DNA of 60,166 nt from Gammaproteobacteria bacterium (GCA_030589945.1 JAUUZN010000002.1:1-60166); one strand, 5' to 3'. Positions 29,865 through 39,559 are shown, counted from the stretch's first letter. Notes: generated by a model from the letters alone, not told the origin. Program-made: numbers and translations.

Positions 29865-30908
29865 TTATTGTTTAACTTCTCGGTTAATAAATATCATGAT
29901 AGAGAGCAATATCATTGCTCCGCCCTGATGCGCAACAGCAACAGGGACTGGCATGTTGAAAATTAATGTAGTGACACCCAGAGTTACTTGGATCACTAGC
30001 ATCGCTAAAAGGAAATGTGCTGCCTGACTGCTTTTTCTGGTAATCGCGAGACGTCTTAGTGCAAAACTAAAAACGGGGACTATCACCAGCAAAAGATAGG
30101 CTGTCATTCGATGGTTGAATTGGATCGTAGTTATGTTCTCAAACCAGTTTAACCAAAAGGGTACAAGGGTATACATGCCGTCAGGAATAAACTTTCCTTC
30201 CATCAGTGGAAACGTATTGTAGGCATAGCCGGCTTTAGTTCCAGCAACGAAGCCACCCGTGCTAATCATAAAAACAACCAAGCCTGTTAACGCCAAAGAG
30301 TAGCGATATAATGTTCGCCCTTGAGCAGTGTTAACAAGTTCACGGCCTTGTTGTAACAAACCAAAAGCAACCCATAAGATATAGCTAAATATCATCACAG
30401 CGGCAATTAAATGGGCCGTTAATCGATATTGACTAACCTGTGGGTCATTGACTAAACCGCTTTTAACCATGTACCAGCCGAGTACACCTTGTAGGCCGCC
30501 AAGGATAAACATGGTTATCATCTGCGGTAACATTTTGCGACGAATTCTACCGGCAAACCAGAAGAATAAGAATGGTATTAGAAATATCAATCCAATCAAT
30601 CGGCCCAATACGCGGTGAGAATATTCAAAATAAAAAATGCTTTTAAATTCATCCAAAGACATACCAATGTTTAACTTTTGATACTCTGGAAATTCTTGGT
30701 AATGTTTGAATGCTTGCATCCACTGGATTTCATTAAGCGGTGGTATTACACCCATAATGGGCTTCCAATCGACCATTGATAAACCGGAATGAGTGAGGCG
30801 GGTAGCTCCTCCTAAAATGATCATAAAAAAAATAACGGCAGCAACAATAAATAACCAAGTAGCCACCTGTTTGTCATGAGCGTTTTGTAATGATGTATCT
30901 ATACTCAT
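29865..30908 (-). CDS. ctaA: Heme A synthase, Cys-free COX15 type
   Basis: GGATRLTHSGLSM, FEYSHR..GR, RLTAHL, QFNHR and VAHQ motifs. Confidence 0.93.
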   Translation of the reverse strand: MSIDTSLQNAHDKQVATWLFIVAAVIFFMIILGGATRLTHSGLSMVDWKPIMGVIPPLNEIQWMQAFKHYQEFPEYQKLNIGMSLDEFKSIFYFEYSHRVLGRLIGLIFLIPFLFFWFAGRIRRKMLPQMITMFILGGLQGVLGWYMVKSGLVNDPQVSQYRLTAHLIAAVMIFSYILWVAFGLLQQGRELVNTAQGRTLYRYSLALTGLVVFMISTGGFVAGTKAGYAYNTFPLMEGKFIPDGMYTLVPFWLNWFENITTIQFNHRMTAYLLLVIVPVFSFALRRLAITRKSSQAAHFLLAMLVIQVTLGVTTLIFNMPVPVAVAHQGGAMILLSIMIFINREVKQ

Positions 30909-31918
30909 GAAAATGATTTTCCCGACATTTTTCTATTAAGAGATGTTAAAAACATTAATAACACGGCAGTCATGAAGTTATGAGAGAGCACCAAAAACAA
31001 CGGCAGTTGAACTAACAATGTGCTGATCCCTAATAAGAACTGAGCGACGACTAAAGAAAGCACCAACAAGCAGTCCTTGGCTAACCGACGATCGGAACTC
31101 CATTCGGATCGCATGAGAAATGTCACTATCGATATGAAATAGGCGAGAACAATTACACCTAAAAAATGATGTATGATTTGAATGAGCTTCATCTTGTCTT
31201 CAAGTATAACTTTGTCTTGGTTGTCCAATTGCAAAAAACCGACTGGATTGAAAGCCTCAATAATGTTTACACTCTCTATTTGCTTGGCACCACAATTAAA
31301 TAAACTTTCACAGCTAGAACCTGCAAAGTTAACACTGGTCCATCCCCCCCAGAATATTTGCAACAAAATAATAAACATACCAATACGAACGAAGGGAACA
31401 AGAGGTGATTCCATATGGATTTCTTTCGTTCCTGATATTTTTAGATAAAGATGTAAAAGCAACGCGACCAATACTAAACCCCCAACAAAATTACCCATTA
31501 AGAGAATGGGTAATGGCTGATTAGGATGAAACGGGCCTATGGCTGCTAAAAATACGGTCACTGATAAAATTGCCGTAGGAATGCGGTTACCGAGTATGTT
31601 TCGATACTTTTCACTCATCGTTAATAAAAAGAGGAATAAAATGATTAAGCCTAATGTACTGGTCACTATTCGATGAGCAATTCTTTCCATTCGATAAGGA
31701 GTGGCACGGGCTTCACTGGTTAGTACATTAACACCTTGAACACTTTTGTTATTTTGATATTGACCATAGCAGGAGGGCCATGGCTCACAACCAACGCCAG
31801 ATTCAGCTAGACGCACATAGCTACTGAGAACCACCGTCATTAAGGCGAATCCCAAAGCGATTATTATTAATGCAGGTAACCATCGGCTGACCTTAGTATT
31901 TGGTGTTTCGATATTCAA
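30905..31918 (-). CDS. Divergent second CtaA/COX15 family protein (Cys-pair type)
   Basis: YVRLAESGVGCEPWPSCYG, RIAHR, CESLFNC, IIHH and LSHN motifs. Confidence 0.78.
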   Translation of the reverse strand: MNIETPNTKVSRWLPALIIIALGFALMTVVLSSYVRLAESGVGCEPWPSCYGQYQNNKSVQGVNVLTSEARATPYRMERIAHRIVTSTLGLIILFLFLLTMSEKYRNILGNRIPTAILSVTVFLAAIGPFHPNQPLPILLMGNFVGGLVLVALLLHLYLKISGTKEIHMESPLVPFVRIGMFIILLQIFWGGWTSVNFAGSSCESLFNCGAKQIESVNIIEAFNPVGFLQLDNQDKVILEDKMKLIQIIHHFLGVIVLAYFISIVTFLMRSEWSSDRRLAKDCLLVLSLVVAQFLLGISTLLVQLPLFLVLSHNFMTAVLLMFLTSLNRKMSGKSFS

Positions 31919-31938
31919 GACTCTTCCATTTATAGTTA

Positions 31939-32472
31939 TTATTTAAGAAGTAGCATTACTTCATGCCGAATTTTAGATATATCATTTGCTTTGAAACCTT
32001 GGTGTGCATACCGTAACACACCCTGCTTATCAATAAGGTATGAAGCAGGTAATACGTTAATCTGGTACAGTTTGTAAATATCGAGTTCAGCAGTATGCAC
32101 CACTGGATAATCTACTGGATATTTTACAAGAAAATCTCTGCCATTATTTGGATCATTGTCTAAATTAATAGCAAGAATTTCAAATTCATCGTTGCCAAGT
32201 TCTTTGCGCATTTTATCCAACAATGGCATGGATGTTAAACAGGGTTTGCACCAAGAAGCCCAAAAATCCAGATAGATAACTTTGCCGCGGTAATTTGTCA
32301 GTCTATCGTCAATGTTACCATCAGACATAAGTGATTGAAAAATAATTTCCGGTGCCATTTCACCAATTTTTAAAACCGGTGGCATTTTGCCAACAGGAGT
32401 TTCAACATCGCTGCAACCACTGATAAAAACAAGCCATAATATTAAAAAACAATTCAATAAATACTGTCGCAT
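31939..32472 (-). CDS. TlpA family disulfide reductase lipoprotein
   Basis: Lipobox ISGC and DFWASWCKPC motif. Confidence 0.92.
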   Translation of the reverse strand: MRQYLLNCFLILWLVFISGCSDVETPVGKMPPVLKIGEMAPEIIFQSLMSDGNIDDRLTNYRGKVIYLDFWASWCKPCLTSMPLLDKMRKELGNDEFEILAINLDNDPNNGRDFLVKYPVDYPVVHTAELDIYKLYQINVLPASYLIDKQGVLRYAHQGFKANDISKIRHEVMLLLK

Positions 32473-32601
32473 AAATTATTTTACTCAACCTCTATAATAT
32501 CAATCATCTAATCATTCCAAATGGTGTTCCTAATAGATTACAGCAGCTCCATAGACTGTTAATATAACGGCAATTATATCAAGTTAATTGAGGAACTCAT
32601 T

Positions 32602-32814
32602 TTGGAAATTATCTTATTTACCCTAGTAGCAATTGTTTTATATATTGTCTCAGACAGCATTGTAAAAGCCATTGAACAACGAAACAGTGCGTTACAGAAA
32701 TATCGTAGCATTATTTTTTTCGTCATCATAATGGTATTGGCGGTAACAACTTTTAGTCTTTTACAAAACTACGGGCCCGAACTTGGTTTGTTGCCAACTC
32801 CTCCTGCAGAATAG
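32602..32814 (+). CDS. Small two-TM hypothetical protein
   Basis: GAGGA RBS and two hydrophobic helices. The only plus-strand gene inside the oxidase cluster. Confidence 0.7.
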   Translation: MEIILFTLVAIVLYIVSDSIVKAIEQRNSALQKYRSIIFFVIIMVLAVTTFSLLQNYGPELGLLPTPPAE

Positions 32815-32825
32815 ATTTTAAAATA

Positions 32826-34901
32826 CTAAAGCTTGTTACTTGTTCCCCCTAAAATGATGAATTTTTTGGTATCCGGATCAAAGTCAATCACCAGTACACT
32901 TCTGGAAGCCAGATTAATTTCTCTGGTTTCCTGATAATTATAATCATCTAAATCTCTGTGATCCTTTAATTTTACAGTAATTTTATGCATCCCTGCTTTA
33001 ACGGTAAAGCGATGATATAATTTGGCCCTGCCATCATTATTCAAACCCGCCGGCATGACCACCTTGTGGTAAGACTCCACATCATTTATAAGTAATTGAA
33101 ACTCAATTGAGGAGCGTTCTCTAGGACATACTTTGGCGAGCCTCATATTAGCCGGTAAACTAAGCATTTCTTCATCAGAGCGAAAGCGACACTCACCAAT
33201 GATTTGACCCGTATGACGCAAACTTAGTTTAATGGTTGCTTCACCTTCTTCAATCTGTGTATAGGTTGGTGAATTAGAAAAGTAGCCAATAAATAATATT
33301 ATTGCCGCATAAAACAATGCCTGCCCAAAATAATTCTTACCTTTCTTTTGGAATCTGATATTACCTATATCTTCTGACACTTTTCCAGAATCTAAAAGCT
33401 GAGAAAAATTATTGACCTCCGATTTCAATGCTGGCAATTCCATTGCTCCAGCCCAACGGACTCTAACCTTATTATAATCTTTTGCAGCTGCCGTCCTTAA
33501 ATGCGGACTGCGTTCTCCTTTAAATCGTTCATCAATCCATTGATTTCCTAATCGGTAATAACAGTTTTCTAAGCAACAGCCGGTGACCATTACACCATCG
33601 GCATGATCTTTTCTTATCAAGTAGTCGACAAAAGAGGGGGGCAAAAAACCTATACAGGGCAGGCTAATTGGGATGGTGTTTTTGATGCCAATTTGCTCTA
33701 TGTCAGCACCTTTTTCGCAACCAAAGATAATGAGCCTGTCTTTACCCTTCAGTTGTCCAAGCTTGTTGATAATTTCGTGTTTAAATACATCAATAGAATA
33801 ATCCGGTATGCCGATACCACTCTTCAATTCATCAATGGTTTGAAAGGGTGTAGCAGATGGACAAGAACCCGTGCAAATTCCACAGGCTGTACATTTGTCA
33901 GGATTTACCACAGCGATACGTGGACTTTTATTATTAGGATGGGGTTCAAAACTAATTGCGTCGAATGGACAGTCGAGATCACACCAGCCACAACCATTAC
34001 AGCGATCTGGATTGATAACGGCTGCAGGCACTTTTTTGTGCTTCATTATTAACGGCAGGAAGCTTAAAAACATTGATATCCCTACCAGTAATACCCAAAC
34101 TGTCCCAGGTCCCCAATAATCAATCAAGGGATAAACATTAAGATAAAACCAATCAATTGGAATATTAACCGGTGTCTGACTTAAATCGGCGCGACCAGAA
34201 CTGATTGCAGGCTTTATTAGTGATAGCACAATGAACGCTATAATGGTTCCAATGGCCAAGCCTCTCGGAGGATTAGTTTTCGCTTTTGAGACACGGCTAA
34301 TATGGATAAACATAGCCAGCATCATAAATAGCGGAATACCAAAATGAAGAAATACCATCAATGAGAAGAAACGATCACTCACCGTATCGTTGCTTAAAAA
34401 GTTTCGAGCCATTGGATCGCCAAAAGTAGGCAACCAATCAAGAAATTCCATTGTGGCAACTGCAACATATTGTGCAAATTGATCCCATACTAGCCAATAG
34501 CCACCAATTGCTGCAGCAAACATAAACCATAGCAGTGGGATGCCTGTGAACCATGAAAACCAACGGGTACCGGTGAAGCGTCCCAGTGAGAATTCGCGCA
34601 CTAGATGCAGCGTTACTGTTAATGCTAATGCATCTGAGCAATAGCGGTGTAAGCTTCTTACAACTCCACCTAAATACCATTGTTCATTGGTTAAATACTG
34701 AAGCGAGTCATAGGCACCATTAATGCTGGTTTCAAAAAATATAAACAGATAAAGGCCGGTAACGGTTAAAATCCAAAAGAAATAAAATGATAAGGCGCCC
34801 AGTTGATAGAAGGGATTCCAATCGTCATCAAAAAATAAATTGAATGCTGCTTCCACACGATCAAATAAATAATGTAGAGACTTTTGTAAAACAGATAGCA
34901 T
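32826..34901 (-). CDS. Cytochrome b - 2x[4Fe-4S] - MvhD/FlpD-like - periplasmic domain fusion
   Basis: Cytochrome b motifs (RSLHRY, LHLVR, GYWLVWDQ, FLHF), CNGCGWCDLDCP, CTACGICTGSCP, then FGC...PCIG...GCCLENCYYRLGN, then one TM and a soluble domain. Confidence 0.88.
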   Translation of the reverse strand: MLSVLQKSLHYLFDRVEAAFNLFFDDDWNPFYQLGALSFYFFWILTVTGLYLFIFFETSINGAYDSLQYLTNEQWYLGGVVRSLHRYCSDALALTVTLHLVREFSLGRFTGTRWFSWFTGIPLLWFMFAAAIGGYWLVWDQFAQYVAVATMEFLDWLPTFGDPMARNFLSNDTVSDRFFSLMVFLHFGIPLFMMLAMFIHISRVSKAKTNPPRGLAIGTIIAFIVLSLIKPAISSGRADLSQTPVNIPIDWFYLNVYPLIDYWGPGTVWVLLVGISMFLSFLPLIMKHKKVPAAVINPDRCNGCGWCDLDCPFDAISFEPHPNNKSPRIAVVNPDKCTACGICTGSCPSATPFQTIDELKSGIGIPDYSIDVFKHEIINKLGQLKGKDRLIIFGCEKGADIEQIGIKNTIPISLPCIGFLPPSFVDYLIRKDHADGVMVTGCCLENCYYRLGNQWIDERFKGERSPHLRTAAAKDYNKVRVRWAGAMELPALKSEVNNFSQLLDSGKVSEDIGNIRFQKKGKNYFGQALFYAAIILFIGYFSNSPTYTQIEEGEATIKLSLRHTGQIIGECRFRSDEEMLSLPANMRLAKVCPRERSSIEFQLLINDVESYHKVVMPAGLNNDGRAKLYHRFTVKAGMHKITVKLKDHRDLDDYNYQETREINLASRSVLVIDFDPDTKKFIILGGTSNKL

Positions 34902-34994
34902 TAATGCGCCTTATATAAATAGTTCTAATGGTGTTGTTGGGAAGTTAGTAAAAACCAAGGTCATTATCAAATGTTGTAAATATTGGAATGGTTT

Positions 34995-35915
34995 TTAATC
35001 TGTTTTATCGGTTACAGCTGAATCATTATTCTCGTCGTTGTGATTACCTGTTTTACTTAATTTCCACTCACGAACAAAAATTCTAACGAAGAATATACCC
35101 ATAACCAAGGCAACAAATATTCCAATAAAAATGGAATAGTTAAAATAATACTTATCTTGGGAAGGATCGTAAACAGTGCAGAATAGTTTTATCTTTGTCG
35201 AAATGGCAGAGAATAAAGAAGCACTCTTATTTTCACCAAAGACTAGCTCTTTTAGTGGTTCGACAAAATTGGGTGTTTGAGGTCTCATCCCATAAACTTG
35301 ACGGTAAACAACAGAATCTTTATCGAGTATGCTGGCTTGTATCATGTGATCAAAACCTTGGGGTGAGGCTGAAAAAATAAATCCCAAATCTCGTGCTAAG
35401 GCACTCATTGTTGCCGCATCTGTTGAAAGGAAAAACCAGTTTTTTGAACCTGAACTGTGCGACTTTGCAAACTGAGCCATTGCCTTGGGAGTGTCTATGT
35501 GAGTATCAAAACCAATAGTAATGACATTAAAACTATCCTCACCTAACACCTGCGTAGCTTTTTCAACCACCCGATTTAAATTTTCTGTAATGGTTGGACA
35601 AATATGATGACAACTAGTGTATATCATACTCACTATCAATGGTTTTCCACTGAAGGTTTTAGTGGTTAATATTGCACCATCCGATGAAGTAAAACGATAA
35701 TGACCTACCGATTGACCGATAGCAGCCTGACTGATTGCCAGTGCTTGCTCATTGCTATATTGGCTAATCTCTTCAGTTGCGGTATTTTTGTTTTTAATAT
35801 GGTCCTTGGCGGCTACATCTGATGTAGCAGCATTTGCTGTAGCACCGAAAGCCAAAAGGAATAAACAACTAACGGTGAATCGACGATTAAATCCCCGTTG
35901 AAAAAAATTAAACAT
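34995..35915 (-). CDS. SCO family copper chaperone
   Basis: YTSCHHICP (CxxxC), FDHM His, C-terminal TM helix. Confidence 0.9.
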   Translation of the reverse strand: MFNFFQRGFNRRFTVSCLFLLAFGATANAATSDVAAKDHIKNKNTATEEISQYSNEQALAISQAAIGQSVGHYRFTSSDGAILTTKTFSGKPLIVSMIYTSCHHICPTITENLNRVVEKATQVLGEDSFNVITIGFDTHIDTPKAMAQFAKSHSSGSKNWFFLSTDAATMSALARDLGFIFSASPQGFDHMIQASILDKDSVVYRQVYGMRPQTPNFVEPLKELVFGENKSASLFSAISTKIKLFCTVYDPSQDKYYFNYSIFIGIFVALVMGIFFVRIFVREWKLSKTGNHNDENNDSAVTDKTD

Positions 35916-35940
35916 TAGGTGTGTCCATAGGGCTTTTGTT

Positions 35941-35983
35941 CATTAGGCATTCCATTAGGCTCTCCATTAGGCTCTCCATTAGG
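35941..35983. repeat. 12-bp tandem repeat (~3.6 copies) spanning the ctaB stop
   Basis: CATTAGGCATTC CATTAGGCTCTC CATTAGGCTCTC CATTAGG. Confidence 0.85.
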
Positions 35984-36842
35984 TAAAGCCATTAAGTACT
36001 GAGCCGAGTAAAACCATTGTCAACTGTATTAATGATGCAAAAAAACAACTCATAGCACTCTTCTTATTGGTATTAATAACCAATTGTATACTTTTAATTA
36101 TAAAATAGGCGCCACCTGATAGGGCGCAGATTAGATAAACAACTCCCATTTCATAGAAAAAAGGCAAAATGGATACCGTCACCAGCATTAATGTGTGAAT
36201 GAGAATGACGATTGCCGCTTTTTCATCGCCTATCACTACTGGCAACATGGGCACCTTAGCAAGTGCATAATCTTTGTGAAGAGCAATGGCCAGACTCCAA
36301 AAATGTGGAGGTGTCCAAAGAAATAAAACCATGGCCAGTAATATTGAGGAACTATTTAAATCTGGTGATGCGGCAGCAGCTCCGGCCAATACTGCAAAAC
36401 TGCCAGATACACCGCCAATGATTATGTTGATACTGCTTCGACGTTTTAACCAGAGGGTATAAACGACTCCATAAAAGAAAGCGCCTAAGAATAAATAAAT
36501 CGCTACCATCGAATTAAAAACTATCCAGGCGGTAACCACTGAAGCGACAAGAATAGCTGCAATAATAAATAACCAAATAGAATGGTGTTTAATAACACCC
36601 GTTACAAAGGGTCTATTTTGCGTACGTGGCATTACCGAATCGAGATCTCTCTCAGCATATTGATTAAAAGCACCAGCGCTTGCTGAAGCCAAAACCACCA
36701 GCACCAACAACAGTGTGACTTCTGCTAGTGAAAGTTCTCTACCTGGTGTCACCGCATAGCCTGCAAGTGCAGTGACCGACATCATTATTCCGATCCTAAG
36801 TTTAAACAGATCGACCAATTGTCTGAGCATTAGAAACCTCAA
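35979..36842 (-). CDS. ctaB: Protoheme IX farnesyltransferase (heme O synthase)
   Basis: NQYAERDLD..M.RT..RP, YTLWLKRR and LWTPPHFWSLA motifs. Confidence 0.95.
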   Translation of the reverse strand: MRFLMLRQLVDLFKLRIGIMMSVTALAGYAVTPGRELSLAEVTLLLVLVVLASASAGAFNQYAERDLDSVMPRTQNRPFVTGVIKHHSIWLFIIAAILVASVVTAWIVFNSMVAIYLFLGAFFYGVVYTLWLKRRSSINIIIGGVSGSFAVLAGAAAASPDLNSSSILLAMVLFLWTPPHFWSLAIALHKDYALAKVPMLPVVIGDEKAAIVILIHTLMLVTVSILPFFYEMGVVYLICALSGGAYFIIKSIQLVINTNKKSAMSCFFASLIQLTMVLLGSVLNGFT

Positions 36843-36875
36843 TACTTTTTAATCATTTTAGACTACTAGAAACAA

Positions 36876-36903
36876 TTCGAGATAGGCTAATGCCTACCTC
36901 GAA
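36876..36903 (-). terminator. Hairpin after oxidase subunit I
   Basis: Minus strand TTCGAGGTAGGC-ATTA-GCCTATCTCGAA followed by TTGTTT. Confidence 0.7.
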
Positions 36904-36930
36904 GATGAACCAACTTCGTTGTATTAAAGG

Positions 36931-38637
36931 CTAACTGAGGCCCCATGTTTCTGACAGATACTTCCAGTTGATGAAGTAATAGGCGGCGAAAGTTGCTAAA
37001 AATACCATCGCTAAGAGGAATGTTCCCGGAATAGCGTTGTTGGTTGATTTATGTAGCGTAGCATACTGTTCATCAGTCACTGCCGGTACAATCATTTGCT
37101 GAGAGCACTTTTCATCATCAGCCAGTTTCTTACCAAAGAGTAATGAACCGACGATGAGTAAACAAAACATCGCTCCACCGATGACTGCCAACACTACACT
37201 TAAACCATTGAGTGACATCATCGCTAATGCTGATGATGCGAATTCATAAGGGAAGGTGGCATCTGTGAATGAAGTATCCCAATGTCTGCGTGGTACACCC
37301 ATGGTTCCAGCGCCCATCATGAACATTGAAACACCAACCATTCCCAGACTGAAGATATAAGGTTGCATGGAACAGAGTTTCTTAAAGATTAGTTCTCGGC
37401 GGAATATTATCGGTACCAGCCAGTAGGTAAGTCCCATAAATGTCAAGGTTGTACCCAATACAACGGTAGCGTGAAAGTGACCGGGAACATAGAGGGTGTT
37501 GTGGATTAGCAAGTTCAATTGCTCAGTACCCATCATGACTCCGGTAATACCACCGATGAATCCAAAACCAAATATGGATATCATGATTGAAGAGAAGGTT
37601 GGGTTGCCCCAAGGCGCTTTTCGTAACCACTCAAATAATCCATTATTAAAACCACGTGCTCTTTGTGCTGCTTCCATGGCACCTGGAACTGTCACACCAT
37701 GAACCATACTTGCCATAACCGCAAGATACATAGCGTAACTGGTATTGAACATCTTCCATTCAGCGCTAACGCCCGGATCAACCAATAAATGGTGAGCACT
37801 GGCGATTTGAAGAACAGCAATATAGAGTAAAAATGCAAAACGACTGACTTTTTCAGAGAGTGGTTTGGCACCAAACATAACGCTGGCAACCAAATACCAA
37901 ATGGTAATGTGCGTGGCGACGTTAATTTGTTGAGAAGAGTGTCCGAAAGCCCACCAGATTAAACGATAAACACCAGCATCAATATGGCTCACTAAGCCCA
38001 ATTGCCAGAAAAATGTGGGTAATAGGATTAACGCGCCAGATGCGATAGTAAAGACTGCGATAATACAGGCGGTTAATGCACCAAAGGTTACCAGTGGTAA
38101 CGATCCCTCATAGGTTTTCTCTTTCTTTGCGATAACTAATGTACCGAGAAAGACGAAGCAACCTAACAGGGCGCCTACGGCAAAGAGTATCAATCCCAAA
38201 TAAAAGGACCAATGAGCAGGCATCGGTGCATAGGAGGTCATCATTACAGCTGAATTAAGTTTCCACACTGCGTAGTTGTTCATTAAAGCACCAACGACCA
38301 TGAGGCCAAATCCAGCCCATGCTACTTTTGGGGCAGCCAACCGAACGCGAAGTACGGCGGAGGATGCAAAGTAGAGTACTGCAATTTCGAAAAAGATGAT
38401 CCAAAATATTAATACATTGATGCCATGACCCGTTAGAGCGGTATAAAAGTCTTGTGCTCCTAATAAATGCACTTCGGGCCAGCGTGTTAAACCAACACCT
38501 AGCCCCATAAATCCACCTACTAATAAGAAAACAACAGCAGCTACGGCGTTAGCTTTTATCAGCGACAATGCTGGTTTGTGTAGTAAAAGCCCAGTATCAG
38601 GGCATGTTCGGAAATTATTGTCTGACATTAGAGTCAC
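36931..38637 (-). CDS. Heme-copper oxidoreductase subunit I, B-family related, probable eNOR nitric oxide reductase
   Basis: All six His ligands present (TGHG, FGHSSQQ, SAHH, GHFH). The His+4 position is Gln, not Tyr or Glu. Confidence 0.85.
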   Translation of the reverse strand: MTLMSDNNFRTCPDTGLLLHKPALSLIKANAVAAVVFLLVGGFMGLGVGLTRWPEVHLLGAQDFYTALTGHGINVLIFWIIFFEIAVLYFASSAVLRVRLAAPKVAWAGFGLMVVGALMNNYAVWKLNSAVMMTSYAPMPAHWSFYLGLILFAVGALLGCFVFLGTLVIAKKEKTYEGSLPLVTFGALTACIIAVFTIASGALILLPTFFWQLGLVSHIDAGVYRLIWWAFGHSSQQINVATHITIWYLVASVMFGAKPLSEKVSRFAFLLYIAVLQIASAHHLLVDPGVSAEWKMFNTSYAMYLAVMASMVHGVTVPGAMEAAQRARGFNNGLFEWLRKAPWGNPTFSSIMISIFGFGFIGGITGVMMGTEQLNLLIHNTLYVPGHFHATVVLGTTLTFMGLTYWLVPIIFRRELIFKKLCSMQPYIFSLGMVGVSMFMMGAGTMGVPRRHWDTSFTDATFPYEFASSALAMMSLNGLSVVLAVIGGAMFCLLIVGSLLFGKKLADDEKCSQQMIVPAVTDEQYATLHKSTNNAIPGTFLLAMVFLATFAAYYFINWKYLSETWGLS

Positions 38638-38646
38638 CCTTTATAA

Positions 38647-39189
38647 TTATTTAACGACGTGGATCTTACCCACCATATTGTGATGACCTATACCGCAGAA
38701 TTCATTACAAATAATTGAAAATTCTCCGGATTTGTTAGGCGTAATGGTAAAGACATGTTCATATCCAGGTAACACTTGAATATTGATGTTTTCAGGTTGT
38801 AGAGAAAACCCATGATTCCAGTCCATAGAAGTCAAATGTAATCGATAACTTTGACCTTCTTTAAGTTCAAGAATTGGCCACCAGTCCCAGAGTCTCGCTA
38901 CAAGATAAACGTCGGAACCAATAGGTGGAGCAACCACTGGAAATTTACGGTCACCTTCTTCACGTATGGTAAATTCATCAACCATGGCTTGGGCTTTCTT
39001 TTGAAACAATTGAGGAGTGGTTCGATAGGTTTCAGCCGAGAGGTTTTGGTTTCCATACACGTGCCACAAAGGCATCATTAGTGTAAGAATTAAACCCCAG
39101 ACTATCACTATTCCAATCCAGATAAGTTCAACCCTTTCGATGGGCTCTTTCCACCATAGTTTTTGAGCCGGTGGTGATAGACATGTCAT
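38647..39189 (-). CDS. CuA-containing subunit II
   Basis: One TM helix; HGFS...CNEFCGIGHHNM CuA motif. Confidence 0.95.
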   Translation of the reverse strand: MTCLSPPAQKLWWKEPIERVELIWIGIVIVWGLILTLMMPLWHVYGNQNLSAETYRTTPQLFQKKAQAMVDEFTIREEGDRKFPVVAPPIGSDVYLVARLWDWWPILELKEGQSYRLHLTSMDWNHGFSLQPENINIQVLPGYEHVFTITPNKSGEFSIICNEFCGIGHHNMVGKIHVVK

Positions 39190-39241
39190 AAAATATCTCC
39201 GAAAATCTAAATTTGATTTATTGTTAGTACGATTCGGCCAA

Positions 39242-39388
39242 TTATTGAGCCAAAGGGATCGATACTAACTCCATAATTCCCCAGATCAGATAAGTCACTG
39301 TGGGTATTAATACACCTATAAATAATAATAAAAAGCTGTTATCCATAAGCTTTTGCATTAATGGAATATTTTCTTCATCATCTGCCAT
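39242..39388 (-). CDS. 48-aa single-TM small subunit, absent from the ORF track
   Basis: MADDEENIPLMQKLMDNSFLLLFIGVLIPTVTYLIWGIMELVSIPLAQ*, GGAG RBS, first gene after the FNR box. Confidence 0.8.
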   Translation of the reverse strand: MADDEENIPLMQKLMDNSFLLLFIGVLIPTVTYLIWGIMELVSIPLAQ

Positions 39389-39545
39389 GTTCACTGCTCC
39401 CATTGAGGGGTTAAAAATTAATTTTAAAAATGAAAATCCAAGACAAATTTATCAAGGAGGAACATCTCCAAACCTTACGTAAGATAGAATACTATGCATG
39501 GTCAATTGTAAGAAAGTGTAATTCGATGAAGAACTTACAAAACTA

Positions 39546-39559
39546 TTGACTTAAATCAA
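39546..39559 (-). promoter_or_regulatory. FNR/DNR box of the eNOR-like operon
   Basis: TTGAC-TTAA-ATCAA, with a -10-like TACACT at 39520-39515 on the minus strand. Confidence 0.82.

Noticed and set aside
36931-38637. Calling subunit I an ordinary aa3/ba3 oxygen reductase or a cNOR NorB
   Set aside because: There is no Tyr or Glu at His+4, and the partner subunit carries CuA rather than heme c.
39300-39482. Plus-strand 60-aa ORF
   Set aside because: It is antisense to the better-supported 48-aa subunit and its promoter region.
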